The translations under genes were made by a program, and so were the position numbers. From an uncultured Rickettsiales bacterium (GTDB lineage Bacteria; Pseudomonadota; Alphaproteobacteria; Rickettsiales; UBA1997): a stretch of 64,000 nt of DNA. Positions 31,026 to 41,080 of this stretch are shown piece after piece; the first letter of the stretch is position 1, and every line of letters begins with the position of its first letter. The notes beneath the pieces were generated by a model. The model did not search any database, was not told where the DNA came from, and saw only the letters and a program-made list of their open reading frames with translations. Location of the stretch: NCBI GenBank assembly GCA_944391075.1, contig CALXSG010000004.1:10445-74444 (forward strand), given 5' to 3'.

Positions 31026-32252
31026 ATGGATAAAGTAAATGTAGCTGTCTTTTTTGGTGGAAAATCTTTTGAACACGATGTTAGTATTTTAACTGGTTTA
31101 GAAGCATGCTACGCATTAGATACTGAAAAATATAATTTAATACCTGTTTATGTTGATTTAAATAATCATTTTTGGACAGGTGATGCATTACTTGATAAAA
31201 ATTTTTACCCTTTAAATAATTGGGGTAAAAAATTGGTTAACGAAGCAAAACTTATAATTGGAGAAGACAAACCAACCTTAGAGATTAAAAAACAAGGTAT
31301 GTTTGCAAAAACAACAGAATATATTACATTTGATGTAGCTTTATTAGCATTTCATGGTGAATATGGTGAAAATGGCCCAATGCAAGGTTTATTTGAAGTA
31401 GCTAATATTCCATATACAGGTTGCAGAACACTTTCTGCTGCTGTTTGTATGAATAAATCAATGGCAAAAACCATTGTTGCATCAGTTGGAGTTCCCGTTT
31501 TACCTGAAATATTAATCAAAAAACCAACAAATAATGACTTCTTTGATATTAATGAATTTACAAAAGAAATGCCATTTGATTTTCCTGTTATAGTTAAACC
31601 AGTAGCATTAGGAAGTAGCGTTGGTGTTAGTAAAGCAAATAATAAAGATGAATTAAATGTTTCTGTTCTTCAAGTCTTTACACTTGGTGAAGACGCTTTA
31701 ATTGAACCATTTGTTGAAAATTTAGAAGAATATAATATTTCTGTTACAAAAGCATTAGATGAAACTATCAAACATTCAATTATTGAACATCCATTAAAGA
31801 AAAATGCTGAATTTTTAGGTTTTGTTGAAAAATATTTATCTAACTCAGGCACAAAAGGTGGTGTTAAAAAAGCTGGAAGTAAATTAATGTCAAATAATGA
31901 AAAGCTTGGCATGATTTCTTTAACACGCGACTTTACAATCAAAGAATTAACCGATAAACAAAAAGAAGATATTACAAATTGGGCATTAAATGCTTTTGAA
32001 GCATTAGAATGCAATGGTATTGTAAGAATTGACTTTATGTATAATTCAAAGACAAAAGAATTCTATTTTACAGAAGCAAATACAATTCCTGGTTCTTTTG
32101 CTTATTACTTATGGGAAGCAAGCGAACCTAGCTATACATATACAGATTTAATGACAGCTTTAATTAATGAAGCACTTGAATTGCAAAAAACTAAAAAGGG
32201 AGATATAATCTTATCGTCATCTAAATCTAGTATATTTAAGGAGAAAGAATAA
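31026..32252 (+). CDS. ddl: D-alanine--D-alanine ligase (408 aa, longer than typical)
   Basis: VAVFFGGKSFEHDVSILTG, PVIVKPVALGSSVGVSK, FTEANTIPGSFAYYLWEAS. Confidence 0.9.
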   Translation: MDKVNVAVFFGGKSFEHDVSILTGLEACYALDTEKYNLIPVYVDLNNHFWTGDALLDKNFYPLNNWGKKLVNEAKLIIGEDKPTLEIKKQGMFAKTTEYITFDVALLAFHGEYGENGPMQGLFEVANIPYTGCRTLSAAVCMNKSMAKTIVASVGVPVLPEILIKKPTNNDFFDINEFTKEMPFDFPVIVKPVALGSSVGVSKANNKDELNVSVLQVFTLGEDALIEPFVENLEEYNISVTKALDETIKHSIIEHPLKKNAEFLGFVEKYLSNSGTKGGVKKAGSKLMSNNEKLGMISLTRDFTIKELTDKQKEDITNWALNAFEALECNGIVRIDFMYNSKTKEFYFTEANTIPGSFAYYLWEASEPSYTYTDLMTALINEALELQKTKKGDIILSSSKSSIFKEKE

Positions 32253-32253
32253 T

Positions 32254-32988
32254 ATGTATTCAACAAAGCTTGAAGGAAAAGAAAATACTAAACTAAGAAT
32301 CATATGGCTACATGGTTGGGGTGCTGATCATAAAGCCATGATTCCTTTAGCTACATATTTTATAAATCAAGCTGAAAATTATCTTGTTGATTTGCCTGGT
32401 TTTGGACAAACAAAAGCTCCTGAAAAATCATGTGGTAGTGAATGGTATGCTGATCAGGTTGCTAGTTTTATTGAATCATTACCTAAAAAGAAAACCGTAA
32501 TTATTGGGCATTCTAATGGTGGTAGAATTACTATTTCCTTAGCAAGTAAATATAATAATCTTGTAGATGGTATTGTTTTAATTAATGGAGCTGGTATTCC
32601 ACCAAAAAGAAATATTTTCTTTAAATTTTATTCATGGAGTATCAAAACTTTTGGACCAACACTAAAAAAAATATTTCCATTTTTAAAAAAAATATCATTA
32701 AGTTCCACTGATTATAAAAATGCCAATGGAGTTATGAAAGAAGTTTTTTTAAATGTAATTAAAGAAGATCTTAGAGAAAAAGCAAAAAATATCACTGTAC
32801 CAACACTTTTAATTTACGGAGAAATTGATAGAGATACACCTGTATATATGGGTGAAGAATACAATGAAAGTATTAAAGGTTCTATATTAAAAATAATTCA
32901 AGATGCAGGACATTGGGGTCCTCTTATTGAATTTAGAACAAAAACTCATCACATTATTACAAACTTTATAAGGGAGAAACTATGTTAA
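32254..32988 (+). CDS. Alpha/beta hydrolase
   Basis: RIIWLHGWGADHK, nucleophile elbow IGHSNGGR, GHWGP C-terminal His. Confidence 0.9.
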   Translation: MYSTKLEGKENTKLRIIWLHGWGADHKAMIPLATYFINQAENYLVDLPGFGQTKAPEKSCGSEWYADQVASFIESLPKKKTVIIGHSNGGRITISLASKYNNLVDGIVLINGAGIPPKRNIFFKFYSWSIKTFGPTLKKIFPFLKKISLSSTDYKNANGVMKEVFLNVIKEDLREKAKNITVPTLLIYGEIDRDTPVYMGEEYNESIKGSILKIIQDAGHWGPLIEFRTKTHHIITNFIREKLC

Positions 32989-34541
32989 GCTTAGATGTTT
33001 ATATTTTTGCTATTGCAAATTTTTTATTCTGTTATGTTAGATCAAAATTCTTAATGTTATTCTTTCAACAAGAAGAATATCGTAATACATGGTTTCTAAA
33101 ATATATTTTTAGACGTGCCGAATTGATTGATAAAAAATTAACATTTGGTTTATTATTAATATGGGTTTTATCTCTTGAATTTCCAATTTTAGTATGGTTA
33201 ATGCTACCATTATTCTTAGTATTTATGGTTAGTGAATACATTTTCTTAACAAAAGCAAAGAAAAAACTAAATATGACTTCAAGAGTTAAAAGAATATTAT
33301 TTATGAACTCATTATTAGTTGCCTTTACTATTGGCCTTTGTACAATAGAATATACTCAGTTAATGACAGCTATAATAATAGCTCAATTATTACCATTCTT
33401 ATTAATATTAAGTAATATCATTTTAAGTCCATTCGAAAATAGTATACAAAATAAGTTTAAAAATGAAGCAATTAAAAAAATTCAACAATTAAATCCAATA
33501 GTAATTGGTATTACAGGTTCATATGGCAAAACATCTACGAAATATATATTAGCACATATATTATCATCTAATTTGCCTACTTTATGGACTCCAGGCAGTG
33601 TTAATACAGAAATGGGAATTACAAGAATCATTAGAGAACAATTAAAACCAGAACATAAGTATTTTATTGTTGAAATGGGAGCTTATTTCAAAGGTTCAAT
33701 AGAAAAATTGTGTAAATTAACAAATCCACGACACGGTATTATTACATCAATAGGACAAGCACATTATGAACATTTTAAAACGCAAGAAACAATAGCTTCT
33801 GCTAAATTTGAATTGGGAGAATGGGTTAAGAAAAATAATGGTATTTTAGTTATAAATGCCGATCAAATTGAAGAAAGATTTATACCTATGAACATGCCAT
33901 TAGTAAAAGTTGGAACAAGTTATGATACTTATATATCAAATGTTAATCAATCTGTAGATGGTTTAAGCTTTAATTTCCATACAGATGGTGAAACATATGA
34001 TGTATTTACTCCAATCTATGGTGAACATCAAGCATCTAATATTGCTATTGCTATTGAAATGGCTTTAAAACTTGGTATGTCAATAAATACAATATTAGCT
34101 GCTTTAAAAACTCTTCCACAAATTAATCATAGATTACAGGTTTTACATAAAGACAACGATATTACAATGATTGATGATGCTTATAATTCAAATATTGATG
34201 GCTTTAAATCTGGTCTTAATTTATTACAAACATTAAGAAAGACAAGAAGAATTTTAGTAACACCTGGAATGGTTGAATTAGGAAAATTACATAATGACTT
34301 ACATTATGAAATTGGAAAATATGCAGGCGAAAGAGTTGATATAGCTGTTATAGTTAGACCTGATAGAATACCGACATTCATAAAAGGTTTTACAGAAACA
34401 GCATTACAACAAACACAATTAATTGAAGCTGATTCTTTCCACGATGTACAAGTATGGTTAGACAAAAATTTACAACCTGGTGATGTTGTATTACTAGAAA
34501 ATGATTTAACTGATATTTATGAAAGTAAAAAAAGCTTATAA
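32982..34541 (+). CDS. MurF-like Mur ligase with N-terminal transmembrane region
   Basis: ITGSYGKTSTKYILAHIL P-loop, VEMGAYFKGSI, DDAYNSNIDGFKSGL; about 150 aa hydrophobic N-terminal extension. Confidence 0.85.
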   Translation: MLSLDVYIFAIANFLFCYVRSKFLMLFFQQEEYRNTWFLKYIFRRAELIDKKLTFGLLLIWVLSLEFPILVWLMLPLFLVFMVSEYIFLTKAKKKLNMTSRVKRILFMNSLLVAFTIGLCTIEYTQLMTAIIIAQLLPFLLILSNIILSPFENSIQNKFKNEAIKKIQQLNPIVIGITGSYGKTSTKYILAHILSSNLPTLWTPGSVNTEMGITRIIREQLKPEHKYFIVEMGAYFKGSIEKLCKLTNPRHGIITSIGQAHYEHFKTQETIASAKFELGEWVKKNNGILVINADQIEERFIPMNMPLVKVGTSYDTYISNVNQSVDGLSFNFHTDGETYDVFTPIYGEHQASNIAIAIEMALKLGMSINTILAALKTLPQINHRLQVLHKDNDITMIDDAYNSNIDGFKSGLNLLQTLRKTRRILVTPGMVELGKLHNDLHYEIGKYAGERVDIAVIVRPDRIPTFIKGFTETALQQTQLIEADSFHDVQVWLDKNLQPGDVVLLENDLTDIYESKKSL

Positions 34542-34587
34542 TATTTAAATCACTAGTTTATCTAGTGATTTTTATTATCAAAAGAGA

Positions 34588-35532
34588 TTGAATATGATAG
34601 ATATAGATTTAATACATAAATATTTTCCAAAGATAGAAATTAATGATACAAAATTAATTACAGAAGGTTGGGAAAGTGATATATTAGTTGTAAATAACGA
34701 ATATGTTTTTAGATTTCCAAAAGAAAATAATAGATTTGATTGCGTTTATGAAAAAGAAAAAATTATAACTGATAATATTAGAAAATTTATATCAACAGAA
34801 ATTTCAAATATTCAAATATATAAACACAAAGATACAATATTTACAGTTCTAAAATATATACCAGGTGAAAATCTATATCATACTACTGCCAATATAGTTG
34901 ATGACTTTTCTAATTTTTTGAAAGAAATTCACTCAGTGGATATTAAGGTTTTAAAAAAATATAAATTAGATGCTGATAATTTACCATTTTATAAATATAG
35001 ATTAAGTTTAAGTAATTTTTCATTTAATTATGATACTTTGCCCGATTTATTAAAAAAATATAATTTAGATGATGATTTTAATAATTGTGTAAATACATTC
35101 ACAGCATTTGATTACAGAGATGAAGATGATGTTTTATGCCATAATGATTTACATAAAGGAAATATTATAGTTAATAATGGAAAATTAAGTGGAATAATTG
35201 ATTTTGGTGATACTATTTATACAAACTACAATATTGAATTTATATCAATATTTAAATGGCAAGAAGAAATTATTATTGATATAAAACAAAAATATGAAGA
35301 AATTACTGAAAGAAAATTGAATATATCTTTCATAACATCTATTATTAAGATGGCTTTATATTCAAAAATTAGTTATACAGAAGGCGATATTACAAAATAC
35401 TTAAAAAGATTACAATTATTCACGGCAATAGAAGAACTATTTAAAGAAGAAAATTTATCTAACTTTGAACAAAATAGAAATAAATTAAAAGTTTTATTTA
35501 CTGATAAGATGGTTGCTAGAACTCATAAATAA
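34588..35532 (+). CDS. Aminoglycoside phosphotransferase (APH)-family protein
   Basis: VLCHNDLHKGNIIVNNGKLSGIIDFGD; N-terminal EGWESDILVVNNEYVFRFPK. Confidence 0.85.
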   Translation: MNMIDIDLIHKYFPKIEINDTKLITEGWESDILVVNNEYVFRFPKENNRFDCVYEKEKIITDNIRKFISTEISNIQIYKHKDTIFTVLKYIPGENLYHTTANIVDDFSNFLKEIHSVDIKVLKKYKLDADNLPFYKYRLSLSNFSFNYDTLPDLLKKYNLDDDFNNCVNTFTAFDYRDEDDVLCHNDLHKGNIIVNNGKLSGIIDFGDTIYTNYNIEFISIFKWQEEIIIDIKQKYEEITERKLNISFITSIIKMALYSKISYTEGDITKYLKRLQLFTAIEELFKEENLSNFEQNRNKLKVLFTDKMVARTHK

Positions 35533-35537
35533 TATAA

Positions 35538-36203
35538 TTAAATATTTTGAAATTCTAAAAAGTAGCTTTCTCTGCCTTCTTTTATAGCTTTTTGTTGATA
35601 TCTTGTTATAACCCACCACTGTGGCTCTTTTTTACAGCTCTCTAAATCATTAAACATTGGTTTAAGTTTTGAATTTATATGTTCAATAGTCCACTCAACA
35701 TAATTCAATATATCACTAGCAAAAAATAATGTACCACCAATTTTAAGCTTTAACTTAACTAATTCTATAAATTCATCATTTATAATACGTCTTTTGTTTT
35801 GCTTCTTTTTAGGCCATGGATCAGGAAATAATATAAAAATTTTATCTATGGAGTGATTAGGCATATTTTCAAGTAATAATCTAGCATCACCATTATGTAA
35901 TTTAATATTTTCAATTTTCTCTGTTTGCATTTTGGATATTAAAGATAATACACCATTAACATAAGTTTCACAAGCTATAATAGTAGTTTGTGAGTTTAAT
36001 TTTGCTTGATGTACAGTATGTTCACCATAACCAAAACCAATTTCAAAAAATATATTATTGTTATTATCACATAAACTTTTAAGATATTCTTTATTATTTT
36101 CTACTCGATATAATGGCAAAATATTATCTAATGTATTAATTTTACTATCACTTAATTTGCGCCCTTTAATTCTACCAAAGCTCCTAATCTTTGTATTTTC
36201 CAT
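35538..36203 (-). CDS. trmB: tRNA (guanine46-N7)-methyltransferase
   Basis: IFFEIGFGYGEHTV, IFILFPDPWPKKKQNKRRII. Confidence 0.95.
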   Translation of the reverse strand: MENTKIRSFGRIKGRKLSDSKINTLDNILPLYRVENNKEYLKSLCDNNNNIFFEIGFGYGEHTVHQAKLNSQTTIIACETYVNGVLSLISKMQTEKIENIKLHNGDARLLLENMPNHSIDKIFILFPDPWPKKKQNKRRIINDEFIELVKLKLKIGGTLFFASDILNYVEWTIEHINSKLKPMFNDLESCKKEPQWWVITRYQQKAIKEGRESYFLEFQNI

Positions 36204-36665
36204 TTATATACCCCATATATTTTTAGATTCTAACCAACCTATCTTATTATTAACCTCAACTTTGCACCAATCTTTTTCGCATTTGTCTAATTTTGCAACA
36301 ACATTTTCTTCTAATCTAAAAATAGGATTTGATTCTAAATCATCCTTTTTATACAATATTTGTGTACCATTCTTTACAATAATATATCTTGCTTTCATAG
36401 TTAAATTTTTGCTAACCCAACCTTCATCATTATCTTTATCAACAACTTTATACCAACCTTCATATTCTCCTAAAACTTTAAGTGGCATTGCTTTTATTTT
36501 ATATACATATTTTATTGGATATTCATTTCCTGGTCCAACTCTTAAATTTACCTTATTAGATCTTAATGATACAAATAAATTATTATCGTTAGCAACATTT
36601 TCACTAGCTAATAAATAATGACAGTTAAAAAATATTAAAAATAAAAAAATATAAATTTTAAACAT
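36204..36665 (-). CDS. SH3-domain secreted protein
   Basis: Signal peptide-like start, VNLRVGPGNEYPI, GWVSKNL. Confidence 0.85.
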   Translation of the reverse strand: MFKIYIFLFLIFFNCHYLLASENVANDNNLFVSLRSNKVNLRVGPGNEYPIKYVYKIKAMPLKVLGEYEGWYKVVDKDNDEGWVSKNLTMKARYIIVKNGTQILYKKDDLESNPIFRLEENVVAKLDKCEKDWCKVEVNNKIGWLESKNIWGI

Positions 36666-36679
36666 ATAAAAAATATTTA

Positions 36680-37414
36680 TTATTCTAATAGATATTCAAC
36701 ACTAATACAACCAAGATTTTTTTTCATAGCTGTAGAATAATCTACAAGATCACTATTATTACTATAAGTAGTACTACAACCTCCAATAATTTTTCCTTTA
36801 TTATAAATTCCATCATCGAGTTTTTTATCTATATTATACATCACCTCTGATGGAATAGTATAACTCCTTCTCTTACCGGCCTCGGTTTTATAATGACATG
36901 TAATTCTATTATGTTGATTTATTAAAGCAGTTGCTCCACCATATTGATAATGACATTGAAATTGTTCAAAAGCTTTACTAACAGGAGCTCCACCATTATT
37001 CCAATCTAATTTCTCACCAGATGGTTTATTTTTTTTAGGTTCAAAATCTAAATAACCCGTTTGAAATAATTCAACAAAAGGGCCTACCCTATCTGTTGGA
37101 ACACCATATTCCGTATTTGAAGATGTATATGGATTACCAAAACTTCCATTATCATAAATTTGTCCAGAGTGTAAACCAATTTTTCCATTTCTATTTTTAT
37201 CACCTGGCCATCTCTTTTTATTTGATTTAAAATTTTGCGTCGCTGTTGTATAAGTTCTTAATTCATCAATAAAAACCAACATTCTTCCATTCTTTATCAT
37301 GGAAATACCGCCAACTATCACCGATACTAAAAGAGATATAACAACTAAAACTATAACTGCTTCTACCATTGTAAAAGCTGATTCTTTCTTAATTTGTTGT
37401 AAACTTTTATACAT
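36680..37414 (-). CDS. Prepilin-like protein (fourth copy in window, no G tract)
   Basis: AFTMVEAVIVLVVISLLVSVIVGGISMIKNG, WPGDKNRNGKIG. Confidence 0.88.
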   Translation of the reverse strand: MYKSLQQIKKESAFTMVEAVIVLVVISLLVSVIVGGISMIKNGRMLVFIDELRTYTTATQNFKSNKKRWPGDKNRNGKIGLHSGQIYDNGSFGNPYTSSNTEYGVPTDRVGPFVELFQTGYLDFEPKKNKPSGEKLDWNNGGAPVSKAFEQFQCHYQYGGATALINQHNRITCHYKTEAGKRRSYTIPSEVMYNIDKKLDDGIYNKGKIIGGCSTTYSNNSDLVDYSTAMKKNLGCISVEYLLE

Positions 37415-37494
37415 AACTTAAAAAATATATAAACTACTTATAAATATATTTCAAAATGAATAAATGTCAATAAATAAAATTTTACTAACAATTA

Positions 37495-37962
37495 TTAAAT
37501 ACTAAAATCTAAATATGATTTATCAACAATAGAATCAATATTATTCTTGATTTGATGCGGTTTATTTACATATAAAAATTTAACTTTCGATGTTCCTGTT
37601 CCTGAAAAACAAATATTACCATAATCAAATATACGTCCAATTAAACTTTGCTTCATCTCAATAGCTTCAATTTTCTTATTCTTCAATTCTTCTGTCTTTA
37701 TACTAATAATTCCAACTTTACATATAATTCTTTTATTTGTAACAACCATTTCAGTCGTTTTTATAAGTAAAAAATAATACAAGGCAAGTAATATTGTAAT
37801 AAAACCAAATAATAATATTGATATATCATATATTAAACTAAATATTACAAAAACAAAAGCTACAAATGCAATTGTAAAAGCTTTAATATAGGCAAACCAA
37901 TGTAATTCCGCAACAACTTCTATTTTTTCATCATTAGCTAATGTTTGTTCAATATAAGACAT
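37495..37962 (-). CDS. PH (bPH2/YdbS-like) domain membrane protein
   Basis: TTEMVVTNKRIICKVGIISIKTEEL, two TM segments. Confidence 0.75.
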   Translation of the reverse strand: MSYIEQTLANDEKIEVVAELHWFAYIKAFTIAFVAFVFVIFSLIYDISILLFGFITILLALYYFLLIKTTEMVVTNKRIICKVGIISIKTEELKNKKIEAIEMKQSLIGRIFDYGNICFSGTGTSKVKFLYVNKPHQIKNNIDSIVDKSYLDFSI

Positions 37963-38073
37963 ATTTTATTTATTTGTTTTTTTAAAACTTAATACTATTG
38001 GTTATTTAGTCAAGGAAAATAATTATTATGATAGTATTAACCATTAAATTAATACTATCAATATATAATTTCA

Positions 38074-40752
38074 TTATTTAGTTTTTTTTCTTAAAAAATA
38101 TTTAGCTACTTCGCTTATTATGATTACTAATAAAGCATAAGCAAATATTTTTAGCCACATAATTAAAGGAAGTGGAACTGTCCTAAATATTATGCCGAAA
38201 AATTGACTAACTATTAATTGTACAGCAAGTGTAATTGCAAATACAATAATCATGCTTTTATTTAAAAGTAAGTTTTTAAATATACTTTGATTATCAATTT
38301 CACGACAGTTGAATGCATTTAATAATTGCATAATCACAAATAAATTAAATAATATTGTTTTTTGTTGTTCTGGTGTACCACCTAAAACATTAAATATCAT
38401 TTGTGAAAATAATATTAATGATATTAAAACACCCATTGATGAAATTTTTAACCATAAAGATTTTGTAATTATACTTACTTTTCTATTAATTGGTTTTTGA
38501 TGCATTAGATTATTTCTAACTGGTTCTAAACCTAATGTTAATGCTGGTGGGCCATCCATTATAATATTAATCCATAATAATTGCAATGCTGTAAATGGTG
38601 CTGGATAACCTAATAAAACAGAAACAAATACAATTAAAACAGCAGAAACATTTACTGTTAATTGAAATGTAATAAATCTTTGAAAGTTTTGATAAATATT
38701 TCTTCCCCATTTAATTGCTTTTGCTATTGTAGCAAATGAATCATCAAGTAAAACTATGTCAGCAGCTTCTCTTGAAACTTCTGTACCGGCAATACCCATA
38801 GCAATACCAACATCAGCATTTTTAATTGCTGGTGCATCATTTACACCATCACCTGTAACAGCAATAGTATTTCCTCTTTCTCTTAGCATTTTTACAACTC
38901 TTAATTTTGTAGTTGGTGTACTTCTTGCAATTACAACAATATTATCAATACAACTTGCTAATTTTTCATCATCCATTTCTTCAATTTCTTTTGCTGTCAA
39001 AACTAATGATTCAGAAGTTAAAATATTTAATTCATTAGCAATAGCTCTTGCGGTAACAACATGATCACCTGTCAAAATTTTTAAATTAATACCAGCCATT
39101 CTACAATTTCTTACAGCATCTAAAACTTCTGGCCTTAATGGATCATAAATAATTACAAAACCATCAAAAACCATATCACTTTCCATTTTTGCATGATTTT
39201 CTGGTTTTTCTAAATCTTCAATATCATCCTTCAAAATTTTATGTGCAAAGCCAATAACTCTCATAGCTTTTTCTTGCGATTTGAATATTTCTAATTCAAT
39301 ATTATATTTGTCATCATTATCAAGTTTACACATTGAAATAATTTTTTCAGGACTTCCTTTTACATAAGCAACTGTTTCTTTATCATTTCTTACAACAGTT
39401 GTCATATGTTTTTCTTCGGAAGAAAATGGAAATACTTTTATATATTCAACTTCTTTCTTTTTATCTTTATAAGATTTTTTAGATGTTCTAATTGGACAAG
39501 AACATTGATAAAAAGCTAGCATAGCAGATTCAGTAGGATTACCTAAAAATTTTACATCATCTCCATCAATATCTATATCAGCAGAAGAATTTACACAAAT
39601 ATTTGTAGTTAAATAATGTGAAATATCTTCTTCCATTTCTTGATGCCAACCTTTATCATCGTAGTAGCCCATAACTTTCATTTTATTTTGTGTTAAAGTA
39701 CCAGTTTTGTCAGAACAAATAATATTTACGGCCCCTATTGTTTCGCAAGCTACCATCTTTTTTACTAATGCATTTTCTTTTGCCATTTTTATAACATTTA
39801 AAGCTAATGATATAGCAACTATTGTGGATAGCCCTTCTGGGACAGCTGCAACAATTAAAGCTATACTTGTAATAAAAATTTCACCAATAGATTCACTATC
39901 ACCAATACCATAAAATTTTTGAATAATTTGAGCTATAAAAATTAAAATTGCAGCTCCTATTGCAAAAATACTTATATGTTGTCCTAATTTATCAAGTTTT
40001 TCTTGTAATGGTGTTGTTTGTTTTCCAGAATGTTTTAATTCATGTGCTATTTTTCCTAATTCAGTATGATCACCAACAGCAACAACTATTGCTTCACAAG
40101 AACCTGTTGTAATATAACAACCAGCATACAACATATTAACTCTTTCAGCAAGTGGAGTATCTTCATTATCTAAAATTACATTTCCAACTTTATGAATTGG
40201 TAAACTTTCACCAGTTAAAGATGCTTCGTCAGAAGTTAATTGATTAGCAGAAATAATATAACAATCAGCTGGTATTTTATCGCCTGTTTCTAATGTAACA
40301 ATATCACCTACAACTAAATCACTTTGAGAAACTATTTGAGGAACACCATTTCTCTTAACTTTTACAGCAATATTACTTTGAATTTTTTGCAATGCTTGAA
40401 AAGCCTTTTCTGAGTGCCCTTCCATAATAATGGTAATAGCAGCAGATAAAAATATTGCAACTAAAATACCAGTACATTCAACAAAATCAGTTTCTGCCCC
40501 TGTAAATAATCTATAAAGATTAATTCCTATTGTGATCAAAGCGGCAACAATAAGAATAATTGTCATAGGTTCACATAATGCTTCTAAAACTTTTTCTAAA
40601 AAGCTTTTTCCTTTTGCAACGGTTAAATTATTAGAACCATATTTTTCTTTATTTAATTCAACCATTTCATCAGTAAGTCCTATTTCTAAATTACTATTTA
40701 ATTTTTTAGCAATATCATTTGCTTCCATCATATAAAATTTTGAATTTTCCAT
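38074..40752 (-). CDS. P-type cation (Ca2+/Mn2+)-transporting ATPase
   Basis: CSDKTGTLTQNKM, TGESLPI, TGDGVNDAPAIKNADVGIAMG; PMR1/SERCA-like architecture. Confidence 0.93.
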   Translation of the reverse strand: MENSKFYMMEANDIAKKLNSNLEIGLTDEMVELNKEKYGSNNLTVAKGKSFLEKVLEALCEPMTIILIVAALITIGINLYRLFTGAETDFVECTGILVAIFLSAAITIIMEGHSEKAFQALQKIQSNIAVKVKRNGVPQIVSQSDLVVGDIVTLETGDKIPADCYIISANQLTSDEASLTGESLPIHKVGNVILDNEDTPLAERVNMLYAGCYITTGSCEAIVVAVGDHTELGKIAHELKHSGKQTTPLQEKLDKLGQHISIFAIGAAILIFIAQIIQKFYGIGDSESIGEIFITSIALIVAAVPEGLSTIVAISLALNVIKMAKENALVKKMVACETIGAVNIICSDKTGTLTQNKMKVMGYYDDKGWHQEMEEDISHYLTTNICVNSSADIDIDGDDVKFLGNPTESAMLAFYQCSCPIRTSKKSYKDKKKEVEYIKVFPFSSEEKHMTTVVRNDKETVAYVKGSPEKIISMCKLDNDDKYNIELEIFKSQEKAMRVIGFAHKILKDDIEDLEKPENHAKMESDMVFDGFVIIYDPLRPEVLDAVRNCRMAGINLKILTGDHVVTARAIANELNILTSESLVLTAKEIEEMDDEKLASCIDNIVVIARSTPTTKLRVVKMLRERGNTIAVTGDGVNDAPAIKNADVGIAMGIAGTEVSREAADIVLLDDSFATIAKAIKWGRNIYQNFQRFITFQLTVNVSAVLIVFVSVLLGYPAPFTALQLLWINIIMDGPPALTLGLEPVRNNLMHQKPINRKVSIITKSLWLKISSMGVLISLILFSQMIFNVLGGTPEQQKTILFNLFVIMQLLNAFNCREIDNQSIFKNLLLNKSMIIVFAITLAVQLIVSQFFGIIFRTVPLPLIMWLKIFAYALLVIIISEVAKYFLRKKTK

Positions 40753-40818
40753 TTCTTTCCTTATTTGTTAACAACACAAACCTTTAAACTTTATAATAAA
40801 ATATAAAGCATCTAAAAA

Positions 40819-40921
40819 AGATTCTCGTTGCTAGTATGATACCAGCCGTATAGCCAGATATAGATTTTATATCGAGTTGTTGACTTAATACGATTAAACT
40901 ACTCCATCTCCATAGAGATTG
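40819..40921 (-). promoter_or_regulatory. yybP-ykoY (manganese) riboswitch-like element upstream of the P-type ATPase
   Basis: Minus strand: ctctatggagATGGAGTAGtttaatcgtattaaGTCAACAActcga...ctGGCTatacgGCTGGtatcatactaGCAACGAGAatctttttt; GGAGUAG ... GUCAACA ... CAACGAGA are hallmark elements. Confidence 0.75.
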
Positions 40922-41030
40922 TAAAAATATTTTTTTAATAGTCAAGAATAATTATAAAATTGATAAATAGATATTATTAATATAAAATAATTTTTACATT
41001 ATTATTATAAATTTGATAATATATATACTA

Positions 41031-41058
41031 AATAAGTCCACATAAAAGTGGACTTATT
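41031..41058 (-). terminator. Perfect 11-bp inverted repeat hairpin downstream of rplY
   Basis: AATAAGTCCAC-ATAAAA-GTGGACTTATT. Confidence 0.7.
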
Positions 41059-41080
41059 AGATAGTAATAATTTAATAAAA

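Noticed and set aside
38309-40735. Plus-strand ORFs opposite the P-type ATPase
   Set aside because: Shadow ORFs of a well-supported conserved gene
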